Origin: Deltaproteobacteria bacterium
GTDB taxonomy: Bacteria > Myxococcota_A > Polyangia > JAAYKL01
DNA length: 64,000 bases
Assembly: GCA_016937015.1 (NCBI GenBank)
Contig: JAFGWT010000273.1
Span: forward strand, 22,878 to 86,877
Reading direction: 5' to 3'
Shown here: in pieces, positions 40,901 to 49,225 of the stretch
Layout: each line of letters opens with the position of its first letter
Position numbering within the stretch: the stretch's first letter is position 1
Program-made: the position numbers and the translations under genes
The notes under the pieces: model-generated
What the model was told of the DNA's origin: nothing
The model's input: the letters and a program-made list of their open reading frames with translations, nothing else
The model's database searches: none

Positions 40901-41590
40901 TTGCTGCCCAAAAATTGCCGTATTGAAAAGACAGATGCGGGCACTGTCCCATTTGAAAGTTCCACTGTTACCGCCGAACTAAACATTGATCAACAGGGGA
41001 ACGCAACAGGAACAGTAACCGAACTGATTGAAGGCGATACCGCAGCCATACTTCGGTCGCTACTGGAGAGTCCCGAATCCGAACACCGGAAGCTTTTCGA
41101 GGAACATTTACTGTCGGCTCTTTTCCCGGATGCAGTGCTCACAGCATTTTCCGTGGAAAACACGCGCGAGGTTCAACTACCACTCAAAATAGTATACAAT
41201 GTAGCCGTTTCACAGATCATCAAACAGGCCAATAATGTCGCACGCATGTTCGTTCCTATGCCAGTCAGTTTTGAACAGTTCACCAATGGCATTGCCAGTC
41301 GTGAATTGCCACTTGTATTGGCAACATATCTAAAAAACAGCCGTAAAATACATTTAAACCTGCCGTCCAATATGATCATTCAACAGCTGCCCGAAAATCA
41401 CTGTGAACAATCAGCCAACACCGTCGCGAGCTATTGTATGCAATTCAAATCCTCAGAAGACTCAATATACATAGATATGGAAGCCATTATTAATATCCAG
41501 CGAATCCCGGCCAGACACTACACGGATTTTCAGAATTTCATACTGACAACCAAACAAATGAACAGTTCATCTATTGATATCCAATACTAA
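37934..41590 (+). CDS. Paralogous large lipoprotein with degenerate (Cys-less) transglutaminase-like domain
   Basis: Lipobox FFVLGCAAA; N-terminal region homologous to upstream gene (G(F/C)ITDW.(V/A)GP); TGase position reads KRGSRARLFIQMLAQANIDAELGLA (no Cys/His); start overlaps upstream stop (TAATG). Confidence 0.6.
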   Translation: MSNLPQWANSARVMALIFFVLGCAAAHSPAHKTETLSENRTFLSAPTIPQLEKQFKSSNREGDLFVLATLYDKTGRPELAFNTYIQAMDAASISPGLYWEGIGAAIGIVNIRRRVRDFENRIYPHLMKWSASPGALAPEALYQLRTLTFSFALKKGKMKHASQLLNQTGCITDWLVAGPIATDKRGAISSKQLLDSRVWPREIDAGAGRPNMPVVHKSLGICQLTAPPVSSASTGTIIGTTAIHVSSTGDASFRLHSTSDSKIFINGHQVYSQQSQTRWLPETRWFTVWLPAGHHQITVQVFSPTFEPSFSLSVLSSSQRPLTNNSTTLPVTTEYKPNKGITRIDSKMTGESTILARMQYALWNVDPYEWQEYAKMLDEKLPLHRLFIAAYQLMTPFNAPEVAMESARHLYAGVLSKMPTAFEASVYLAKQAHSNGRTEESIGMLKNAIAAMPDEPMLPLVLTEIAFEKEWIPETRKYLSMATDMLGDNCETLQWRYAVALHEKKFDATMQLAHSISQCAASSTDLATELTREGDFMGASNILWRQAKRQPNSMSAQLDAALSFARSGAPDRGIELLEITHRQFPLSNTPVLHLIDAYLASNKTEKAQVLCHLQHRMPSDPQTLLACESVELTNPLGMYRVDGLKTVNQFIKRDDKPKSDFSWVLDRTVYAVDRFGTGNQLVHSIGYINSQDAVSEYGELSIPYGSKVLQARVIKPSLEQFYPTLVEGKPGLSLPNLAVGDFVELETISAIPAHSVFPGGFDTEPFYFRDFNSAFVRSELIVVAPESFNLQFDTRGAAPPPVHHSLNGMQVVTFRTRDQHPLRIEPDTPDAREFLPSVRITAHASIESVCQNINEQLYAMSQWCPEIDQTITRSIVKQNNRDAKIEAIYNWISLNIEDDMILFEPAAHVLSRKRGSRARLFIQMLAQANIDAELGLAMTAFDDHTPATVADVNRYTVPVVKLPNGKWISFQERHAPLGTLPSELRHQPVLLPKNCRIEKTDAGTVPFESSTVTAELNIDQQGNATGTVTELIEGDTAAILRSLLESPESEHRKLFEEHLLSALFPDAVLTAFSVENTREVQLPLKIVYNVAVSQIIKQANNVARMFVPMPVSFEQFTNGIASRELPLVLATYLKNSRKIHLNLPSNMIIQQLPENHCEQSANTVASYCMQFKSSEDSIYIDMEAIINIQRIPARHYTDFQNFILTTKQMNSSSIDIQY

Positions 41591-41668
41591 TCTCCTGCAA
41601 TTTCAATAAAAAAGTATGCCAACAATTTGACTCTATGCTCTCCTGTTCAGTAGTATTGCTTACACTTA

Positions 41669-41684
41669 CTGCACCAAATAACAG
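41669..41684 (+). promoter_or_regulatory. Candidate SOS/LexA-type operator CTGC-N8-ACAG (TACTGCACCAAATAACAGGT) upstream of the LexA-family gene
   Basis: One mismatch to CTGT-N8-ACAG, 28 nt upstream of the start codon; the box consensus is lineage-specific, so this is a weak call. Confidence 0.25.
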
Positions 41685-41711
41685 GTTGTTGACCGTGGAG
41701 GAAACTTTCAT

Positions 41712-42335
41712 ATGCAAGGACTGACAAAAAGACAGGAAAAAGTGCTCGATTACATCACCAGCTCAATTACGGAACGCGGTTATCCGCCTACGTTGAGGGA
41801 GATTGGGCGCCATATGGGAATTCGATCAACGAATGGGGTCAACGACCACCTGCGTGCTTTGGAGCGCAAAGGATATTTAAAACGCGAAGATATGAAATCC
41901 CGCGCACTCAGACCTGTAAACATGGAAGACAAAAAGCAGTCCGATACGGTCAAAATTCCAGTTGTAGGCCGTGTCGCCGCGGGCCAGCCTGTGCTGTCAG
42001 AGCAGAACATTGAAGACTACGTTACAGTCGATCGTTTTCTTATCGGTAATACAAAAGAAGTTTTTGGGATGTGGGTTCACGGTGATGCCATGTTGCAGGC
42101 GGGAATACACAACGGCGATTTTATTTTTGTAAAAAAACAGATGTTCGCCGAAAAAGGTGATGTCGTGGTTGCATTGCTTGGTGATAACGCCGCAGTTCGT
42201 TATTATCATCCGGAGCGTGACCATATTCGCTTTGTACCAGCCAACACCAATTGCGCGCCAATCATGGTTCGACGTCAGGATTTCCTGCCCATGCAGCTAC
42301 TGGGTGTCGTTACCGGCATTTACAGACGCCTGTAG
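41712..42335 (+). CDS. lexA: LexA-family repressor with both catalytic dyad residues substituted (Ser->Ala, Lys->Arg)
   Basis: LexA wHTH N-domain (LTKRQEKVLDYI..GYPPTLREIG..), linker with VVGRVAAGQP (Ala-Gly site kept), S24 domain; aligned to E. coli LexA GMSM->GDAM and VTVKRL->AAVRYY. Confidence 0.8.
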   Translation: MQGLTKRQEKVLDYITSSITERGYPPTLREIGRHMGIRSTNGVNDHLRALERKGYLKREDMKSRALRPVNMEDKKQSDTVKIPVVGRVAAGQPVLSEQNIEDYVTVDRFLIGNTKEVFGMWVHGDAMLQAGIHNGDFIFVKKQMFAEKGDVVVALLGDNAAVRYYHPERDHIRFVPANTNCAPIMVRRQDFLPMQLLGVVTGIYRRL

Positions 42336-42371
42336 TCGCTTACGTCTCTGCAACTCACCAAAAAAATAATA

Positions 42372-43493
42372 TCAGAGTCTCTCTCTTGTTTCGAAAATCG
42401 CTGCGTATATGTTTGCGATGTCTGAACTGGTCAAAGCAACCGGGTGGTTTTTCAATCGTTCGATGTTCACCTGTTCCATTAAACGCATCATCTGTGTCCC
42501 GGAGATGTTGAATCGCATCTCTCCCAAAACCCGGCGGTATGCGTCGAGCATACATTTTTGAAAGGCCATAAAACCCGCAACAAAATCACTGCCCCATGGC
42601 ATCAACACTTTATCAAGCGCTGCCGAACTGTCTCTAAAGAAGCCATATTTTTGCGCCATAAGCTGTATCAGCGGCCCCATCACCAGCAGCACAGCGATCC
42701 CATGAGGTATTCCCAGCTCAGCAGTAAGACCGTAGCTCAGTGCATGTCCCGCAGTTGTTTTGGTAATATTTATGGCTTTGCCAGCCAAATTCGCAGCCCG
42801 GAGCAAATTCTGCCTCGCTGCATGGTGCGCTGGAGTCGTCAGAACAAGCGTTAAATTGTCAGGAATTATCTGCAAGGCCGACAGGGCGTATGACCGTGAC
42901 GTATCGGTGGCCTTCGGTGACCAGAATGACTCAATCGATTGACAAAACGCATCCACGCCACTTGCGATGGTCACCGACGGTGGACATGTAATGGTAAGGG
43001 ACGCATCCAGCACCGTCCAGTCAGGAAGCAACGTGTCGTGAGCGACGGAATACTTACGCCCATTCTGGTAAGCAACGGCAAAATGGGTTGCCTCACTACC
43101 GGACCCGGCTGTCGTTGGCGCGACCCAAAATAACGGCCTGTCTTTCCCACGAATCTCATTTCGCAATAAATCAAACGCGGATGTGCCCATTGCGATGGCA
43201 AGCAGCAGTTTCGAGGTGTCGATAACGCTGCCGCCGCCAATTGCAACGATCAAATCGAGCTGCCGCAGCGGAAGTGTTGTCGACAGACTGGCAATGAAGT
43301 CTATGTCGGGATTAGAGGGAATATTGCTGATACAAATCAGATTTTGAATATCAATATCATGCTGTATCGCGGACAGTGCTGCCGCAAAGGCGCGTCCATG
43401 CAAAACAAGGACATTTTTAAAATGCCGTTCAGACGCAGCAGCAAGCATGCGCCGGATAACGCCTTCACCAACTGCATCAGTATCTGCGTTCAT
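42372..43493 (-). CDS. Group III iron-containing alcohol dehydrogenase; putative phosphonoacetaldehyde reductase (FomC/PhpC-like)
   Basis: Fe-ADH motif GGGSVIDTSK; start overlaps upstream stop (ATGA 43490-43493); last gene of the PEP-mutase operon. Confidence 0.6.
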   Translation of the reverse strand: MNADTDAVGEGVIRRMLAAASERHFKNVLVLHGRAFAAALSAIQHDIDIQNLICISNIPSNPDIDFIASLSTTLPLRQLDLIVAIGGGSVIDTSKLLLAIAMGTSAFDLLRNEIRGKDRPLFWVAPTTAGSGSEATHFAVAYQNGRKYSVAHDTLLPDWTVLDASLTITCPPSVTIASGVDAFCQSIESFWSPKATDTSRSYALSALQIIPDNLTLVLTTPAHHAARQNLLRAANLAGKAINITKTTAGHALSYGLTAELGIPHGIAVLLVMGPLIQLMAQKYGFFRDSSAALDKVLMPWGSDFVAGFMAFQKCMLDAYRRVLGEMRFNISGTQMMRLMEQVNIERLKNHPVALTSSDIANIYAAIFETRERL

Positions 43494-44635
43494 TTAATTA
43501 TTTTATCCATAAATGTGTGTTTATTGTCGATTGGCGTTGTGGTTGGACGCCCCAGATCCTCGCGAGCGCCCTTCTTTATCACAAATTCAATAAATGCAGG
43601 GCCCTGCTTCTTCCTGATGTCATCCATCGCGGTGTGCAATTCAGTAATGCTCCGGACGGTCACCGTCGACTTGTATCCACAGGCACTGGCAATTGATGCG
43701 AACGAAATTTGCCTGCCAATGGTGGGCTGCCCCCCAACCGAATCATGTGCGCCGTTATTCAGTACAAAATGCAAAAATGACGATGGGGCGTATTGCGCAA
43801 TCAGCGGCAGTGCACCCATGTGCATCAGCACAGCGCCATCGCCGTCAATGCACGCAACGGGGCTATCCTGGTAGCCGGCAATTCCCAATGCAATCATTCC
43901 GGCATGGCCCATCGATCCCACGGTTAAAAAATCCCGGTGGTGCCCCTGATTCAGCCTCTCTCGTATCTCAAAAATTTCACGGGAAGTCATTCCGGTTGTG
44001 GAGACAATTTTTGTTTTCTCGTTTACCATTGCCAGAATTGATTCCACCGCCTGCTCACGGGTCATCAGTTCGGTTTCGGCCACGTCTGGCACTGCCGTAT
44101 CTGCGCCGGCGACACTGTACTTTCCAAAAGCTCCCTTGGGCACAAGCAATAACACCGGGGTGGACGCTGCCTTCATTTGCCGGGAAAGCCGCTCTATCTG
44201 CAATCGGACTTCATCCGTATTTGACGCCAGTATTTCATGTGGATACCCGATGGCGCTCATTAAATCCATTTGCACTTTTCCCTGTTTTACATGTTGCGGT
44301 TCGTCTTTTATCCCCGGCGCGCCGCGCCAGCCAATCATTACAAGCATGGGGATACTGTATACATCCGGATCAGCCAGAGACAATAACGGGTTAATCGCAT
44401 TTCCAATGCCTGAATTCTGCATGTAAACCAGTCCCGACTCTCCCGTTGCCAGGTGGTACCCTGTCGCTAAACCAATCGCCGCGCCCTCATTGGCTGCGAT
44501 AATGTGCTGCCGCTCTGGAAATTGATCCGTAACGCAGGCGCAGAATTCCTTTAACAGGGAATCCGGCACTCCCGTAAAAAAGCTGAAGCCGCTGGCCTTA
44601 AGTAGATTAACAAAACTGGACGGATCTAGCATCAT
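43490..44635 (-). CDS. ppd: ThDP-dependent phosphonopyruvate decarboxylase
   Basis: N-terminal [13 protein letters not shown]; ThDP-binding GDGA..NN ([31 protein letters not shown]); coupled to neighbours by ATGA overlaps. Confidence 0.7.
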   Translation of the reverse strand: MMLDPSSFVNLLKASGFSFFTGVPDSLLKEFCACVTDQFPERQHIIAANEGAAIGLATGYHLATGESGLVYMQNSGIGNAINPLLSLADPDVYSIPMLVMIGWRGAPGIKDEPQHVKQGKVQMDLMSAIGYPHEILASNTDEVRLQIERLSRQMKAASTPVLLLVPKGAFGKYSVAGADTAVPDVAETELMTREQAVESILAMVNEKTKIVSTTGMTSREIFEIRERLNQGHHRDFLTVGSMGHAGMIALGIAGYQDSPVACIDGDGAVLMHMGALPLIAQYAPSSFLHFVLNNGAHDSVGGQPTIGRQISFASIASACGYKSTVTVRSITELHTAMDDIRKKQGPAFIEFVIKKGAREDLGRPTTTPIDNKHTFMDKIIK

Positions 44636-45933
44636 GCCCCTCCCAGCGGAATCAGCTCAAGAATTTCCCTGATGGGCAGCAATCCGGATCTCGCCTCGTA
44701 AGCCCGCTGATGAGTCAGTATACTGCGAGCGGTTTGCATCATGGCCGGGTATGCGCTGCGTATAAGCTGGTTTGCGTAAATGATCACATTGGCCCCTGCT
44801 CTTGAGAGCTCGTCTTCGTAAATGGTGTCATATGTTGTCGGCACAACAACAACTGGCACTTTGCGACTGAAATTTCGATAAGCATCAAGAAATGCGAGGA
44901 TCTCATCGGGAGTCTCCTGTTTGGAATGAATCATTATGCCATCCGCACCGGCAGCAATATAGCTCCTGGCCCGTAACAGCGCATCGTCAATCCCCTGTTT
45001 GAGAATCAGGCTTTCGATTCGCGCGATAATCATAAAGTCATCGCTTACCTGGGCGCGCTTCCCCGCAGCAATTTTCTGTGTAAAATGCTCAATACTATCC
45101 TGATTTTGTGGCACTTCCAGCCCATACAGGGAATTTCTTTTAAGACCTATTTTATCTTCAATAATGACAGCGGACACACCCAGTCGCTCCAGCGTGCGGA
45201 CCGTAAAAATAAAGTGTTCGGTTTTTCCCCCGGTATCGCCATCGAAGATGATGGGTTTGGTGGTCACTTCAAGCAGATCGTTAATATTGGTTAACCGTGC
45301 TGAAATATCGACTGCTTCTATATCGGGCTTTCCTTTTGCGGTGGAATCTGTCAGGCTGGATGCCCACATTGCATCAAATTCGCGACGTTTGCCATTGACT
45401 TCCACATACGTCTCCTCAACGATGCGACCGGTTAGCCCGCTATGCGCCTCAATAACGCGAACCACTTCTTTTGCCTGAATGAGCCGCCGCAACCGCAATC
45501 GACGAACGTCGGGACTGATGCCAACTTCACGGATAGCCTTGTTTAATTGCGTGGAGGAAATACCTGTAGTGTATGAAAGCTCAACAAGCTGCCCCCCCCA
45601 TTGCTGCAGAGTATCGATAACCTGCTGCCGGGTTTCCTTCTGAACCCCCTCTTTCCAGTCATCGCCATGAACCACAAAGTCCGGACGAAGTTGTTCAAGA
45701 TTAGGACGGTAATCCAGAGTCTCCTGCGCAACAACACGGCTTACACCTTTTAATCCCTCAACCACTGCTTTCCGCTGTTCAAATTCCAGATACGGCAGGC
45801 GTTTGTAACTTGCGATGGCTCTGTCTGTCAGCAGACCGACCGTTAATTCCCCAAGTTTCGCTGCTTCCCTGATGATATTCATGTGACCGGGATGCACTAA
45901 ATCGGCACTCATCCCTACATACACGGTTTTCAT
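44632..45933 (-). CDS. Bifunctional TagD-like cytidylyltransferase / phosphoenolpyruvate phosphomutase (Fom1-like fusion)
   Basis: Residues 1-135 align to glycerol-3-phosphate cytidylyltransferase ([32 protein letters not shown]); residues ~140-433 are PEP mutase ([40 protein letters not shown]). Confidence 0.8.
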   Translation of the reverse strand: MKTVYVGMSADLVHPGHMNIIREAAKLGELTVGLLTDRAIASYKRLPYLEFEQRKAVVEGLKGVSRVVAQETLDYRPNLEQLRPDFVVHGDDWKEGVQKETRQQVIDTLQQWGGQLVELSYTTGISSTQLNKAIREVGISPDVRRLRLRRLIQAKEVVRVIEAHSGLTGRIVEETYVEVNGKRREFDAMWASSLTDSTAKGKPDIEAVDISARLTNINDLLEVTTKPIIFDGDTGGKTEHFIFTVRTLERLGVSAVIIEDKIGLKRNSLYGLEVPQNQDSIEHFTQKIAAGKRAQVSDDFMIIARIESLILKQGIDDALLRARSYIAAGADGIMIHSKQETPDEILAFLDAYRNFSRKVPVVVVPTTYDTIYEDELSRAGANVIIYANQLIRSAYPAMMQTARSILTHQRAYEARSGLLPIREILELIPLGGA

Positions 45934-46033
45934 AAGATTTATTCCTTCGTTAAATTACGCTGTCGACAAACGTCACTCAAAACATGAAAAAAATGATACT
46001 ATTTCGCTTTTATGCGGCTGTCTATAAAGAGTG

Positions 46034-46048
46034 TCTGCAGCCTGCAGA
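46034..46048. promoter_or_regulatory. Perfect 7-1-7 palindrome TCTGCAGcCTGCAGA in the divergent intergenic region of the phosphonate locus (candidate operator)
   Basis: Read directly; lies midway in the 277-bp region between the divergently transcribed operons. Confidence 0.25.
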
Positions 46049-46210
46049 ATATCTTTCTGAATTTGAGCGCAACAAGGCCACATGAACCCCGGCAATCACG
46101 CACAGACAGCGACGATATTTGTTTCATTTTTGTGACAATTATTGTAAGCAACAACGACCGATTTTCCTGAGCCAAACAGAAAGACAACCTTCAACCAAGA
46201 TCATTGAATC

Positions 46211-49200
46211 ATGTCTGATTTTTTTTATACCGTTTTTATCTATCCATTGGAATTTCTGATGAAGTGTGTGATGGAAACGGTTCTGAATAATACGGGAGAC
46301 CCCATTCTTTCTCTCGTTGCTGTAAGCGCGTTTGTTTCAATTGGGTCATTACCGCTGTATCACATTGCCGAGAAATGGCAGGACAACGAACGGGCCATTC
46401 AGGAAAAGCTTCAACCCAAAATAAGAGAATTTAAAAGCGTATTCAAAGGCGCCAGCCTCAACGCTTATATTCAAACGCTGTATCGACAAAACGAGTATCA
46501 TCCGGTAATGGCGATTCGTGCTGTATTGGGGATACTGATTCAGATTCCCTTCTTCATCGCCGCTTACCATTTGCTATCCGAATATCCGGCATTCGAGGGC
46601 GTTTCCGCTATATTTTTTAACGATCTGGGTCGCCCGGATGGTTTGATCAAACTTGGAAGTTTAAGTATCAATGTGCTTCCTTTCCTGATGACTGGCGTCA
46701 ATATTCTGTCCGCAGTGATTTACGGCAAGAAACTTGGGACAAAGGAAAAAATTCAAACATATGGCATCGCCGGCGTATTTCTTGTGGCGTTGTATTCATC
46801 GCCGGCATCTCTTCTCTTTTACTGGACATCAAACAACATTTTCAGTCTGGCCAAAAATGGCATATATCGACTGATTTATCCTGACGGAAGAATTAAATCC
46901 ACGCAGCAGAATGAAACACGGATCTGGCCAATATTTCTTCGGATTTCCGCGTTGCGCCCCTCGACATGGGGACAGATAACTCTGTTTGTTTTAACGCTGG
47001 CGCTGTATCTCATTGCGCCGGAATTCACAAAGCCTAACTCTGAAACACAGGGACAGCTTTATGGCCTGATCTACACCGTGTTGCTAATGCTGGGCGGATT
47101 GACGATCGCTGGCGCGCTGGCCAATAAAACAATGCGACGCAGCGCCAGAAATACGACTGCCGCGGTTTATGGCATCGTTGTTCTTATTTCATTGGGACTG
47201 CAACTGGTATGGATGCTGAATGTGGTGCCGGACGTTAAATTCACCCAATACGCCGCCAATAGCCTGTTCGCTTTAATGTTTTTTAACGGCGCGCGCAGTG
47301 TTTTCGCTCTCTGGTCCAACTGGATAGCAAAAAACGAACTTGAAGTCACCACACGCCCCGGGACGCTGTTTGCGCTTGCCGTGCTGACCCTCCTGACCAC
47401 AATTTTTATTGCTGTCCCGTTGCCGCTTGTTTCAACCGCCAGTGTTGGTGATTTCGAAAAATCGCTTTCTTATTATCTATTTTTTATGCTGATGCTGGTT
47501 GTTTCCTTTTTTATACTCAGCTGCGTTGTGTATTCGTATCTGTCCAGAGCATCCCGTAGCCTCCTTATCTACATCATCAGTTTCCTTGCAATCCTGTCAC
47601 TGGTCAATGCCTTCGTGTTTGCAGGCGAATACGGTGATATGAGCAATTTCAATTTCGAAAATGGTCTGCCGGAAGAACCCGTCGCCAAAATCGTAAATAT
47701 GTTTGTACTCATCATCATTGGCGGCGGACTCATTCTGCTGTTTCTCAAACGTTTGTACAAATGGCTGTTGCCAGTGTGGATCATATGCCTGCTGTCAATC
47801 GGTGTTGTGACTGTCAGCGAAAGCCATCGGTTTTACCAAAAGAGTCAAAAGATATCCCTTAAGTTCGCGCAGGCTTCGCAGCTTGACAAGCAATTTGTTT
47901 TTTCGAGGACGCAGCCAAATGTTCTGGTGATCATGCTTGACCGATTTGTTGGAGGTATGGTGCCCAAAGCATTTGAGCTGGCGCCGGTGTTAAAGAGTCA
48001 GTTTGAAGGATTCACGTGGTATCCGCAATATTTTTCCGATGGTGCATTCACCATTTTAGGGGTGCCTTCGCTGATGGGGGGATGGGAATATCATACAAAA
48101 GAAGTGCAATATACGCGCACGACAATGCCACTCAAACAGAAGCTGGACGAGTCTGCCAGAGTACTGCCATACAATTTCAACAAAGCCGGTTATCAAACAA
48201 CCGTTTTTGCCGATCTTGAGGCATACTTTGATCCCGAAAACAGGAAATACATTGAGCGAACAAAATTTGCGTCATTGAAAGCCCAATACAAGGACCTTTG
48301 GCTGCAGGAGCATCAAAAAAAACTCAAAGAAGATAATGTCAGAGGAAAGCTGGCTATCTTTGGACTTTTCCGAACAGCTCCACCGATATTGCGAAACTAT
48401 ATTTACGACAATGGTGACTGGTTACTCGGTTCGAAGGCAAAAAACACTGACATGGGAAACAAAAGCATCATAGGGGACAAACAGGTATCATTCCTGACAA
48501 CAAATGATGCGCAGATAAATCGTGCTGTTGAAGGGTTCAGCACGCTATACTTTTTGCCTCGCCTGTCAGCAACATCCGACAAAGCGCATAAACAGTTTTA
48601 CTATTTCTCAAATGCATTCACCCACGAACCGGTTATAGCGAACGCGAATTTTGACTTGTCTGTTCACGAGCGAATTTTCTACCCAAGGGATGTGTACGAC
48701 GAGTTTGATGAAAGTATGTATACACTGCAGCATCTGTACACCGACACAACCGCCCTTGTGGCGATTGGAAAATGGTTCGAGTGGATGAAGCAGAACGATG
48801 TATACGACAACACAAAAATAATAGTGGTTTCCGATCATGGCAGAAATGTTTACGATCCTGTTTTAAAATCTCAGAAAATCATCAGTTCACTCAACGCTAA
48901 AAAGCCCGATGCGTCATGGTTTCATGGTTTACTCATGGTGAAGGATTTTGGGCAAAAAGGGGCCATGCGAAAAAGCAATCAGTTTCTCACGACGTGTGAT
49001 GTTCCGTGGCTGACCATGAAAGACATTGTCACCAATCCAATCAACCCGACATCGAAAAAGAAAATCGTGTTCAACGCAGACAGGTATCCATTCTCCATGT
49101 TTTTCACGCCACCGATGATCTGGCAGCAGACAAAATATAAATACAAGGTGAAAGATATTTTCGAGATTCAGCGTAAAAATGATGTCCTGGATCCGGCGAA

Positions 49201-49225
49201 ATGGAAGCGCGTTAATGTTAAATAG
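46211..49225 (+). CDS. Fusion membrane protein: N-terminal YidC/Oxa1-family insertase core (5 TM), additional TM region, C-terminal sulfatase/LtaS-like (alkaline-phosphatase superfamily) extracytoplasmic domain
   Basis: Residues ~3-225 align to the YidC core (LPLYHIAEKW..LQPKIREF..LYRQNEYHP..LIQIPFFIAAYHLL..FFNDL..VLPFLMTGVNIL..LLFYWTSNNIFSLAKNGIYR); C-terminal VLVIMLDRF..FTILGVPSLMGG..IIVVSDHG matches the LtaS/EptA/sulfatase fold without a CxPxR sulfatase motif. Confidence 0.65.
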   Translation: MSDFFYTVFIYPLEFLMKCVMETVLNNTGDPILSLVAVSAFVSIGSLPLYHIAEKWQDNERAIQEKLQPKIREFKSVFKGASLNAYIQTLYRQNEYHPVMAIRAVLGILIQIPFFIAAYHLLSEYPAFEGVSAIFFNDLGRPDGLIKLGSLSINVLPFLMTGVNILSAVIYGKKLGTKEKIQTYGIAGVFLVALYSSPASLLFYWTSNNIFSLAKNGIYRLIYPDGRIKSTQQNETRIWPIFLRISALRPSTWGQITLFVLTLALYLIAPEFTKPNSETQGQLYGLIYTVLLMLGGLTIAGALANKTMRRSARNTTAAVYGIVVLISLGLQLVWMLNVVPDVKFTQYAANSLFALMFFNGARSVFALWSNWIAKNELEVTTRPGTLFALAVLTLLTTIFIAVPLPLVSTASVGDFEKSLSYYLFFMLMLVVSFFILSCVVYSYLSRASRSLLIYIISFLAILSLVNAFVFAGEYGDMSNFNFENGLPEEPVAKIVNMFVLIIIGGGLILLFLKRLYKWLLPVWIICLLSIGVVTVSESHRFYQKSQKISLKFAQASQLDKQFVFSRTQPNVLVIMLDRFVGGMVPKAFELAPVLKSQFEGFTWYPQYFSDGAFTILGVPSLMGGWEYHTKEVQYTRTTMPLKQKLDESARVLPYNFNKAGYQTTVFADLEAYFDPENRKYIERTKFASLKAQYKDLWLQEHQKKLKEDNVRGKLAIFGLFRTAPPILRNYIYDNGDWLLGSKAKNTDMGNKSIIGDKQVSFLTTNDAQINRAVEGFSTLYFLPRLSATSDKAHKQFYYFSNAFTHEPVIANANFDLSVHERIFYPRDVYDEFDESMYTLQHLYTDTTALVAIGKWFEWMKQNDVYDNTKIIVVSDHGRNVYDPVLKSQKIISSLNAKKPDASWFHGLLMVKDFGQKGAMRKSNQFLTTCDVPWLTMKDIVTNPINPTSKKKIVFNADRYPFSMFFTPPMIWQQTKYKYKVKDIFEIQRKNDVLDPAKWKRVNVK

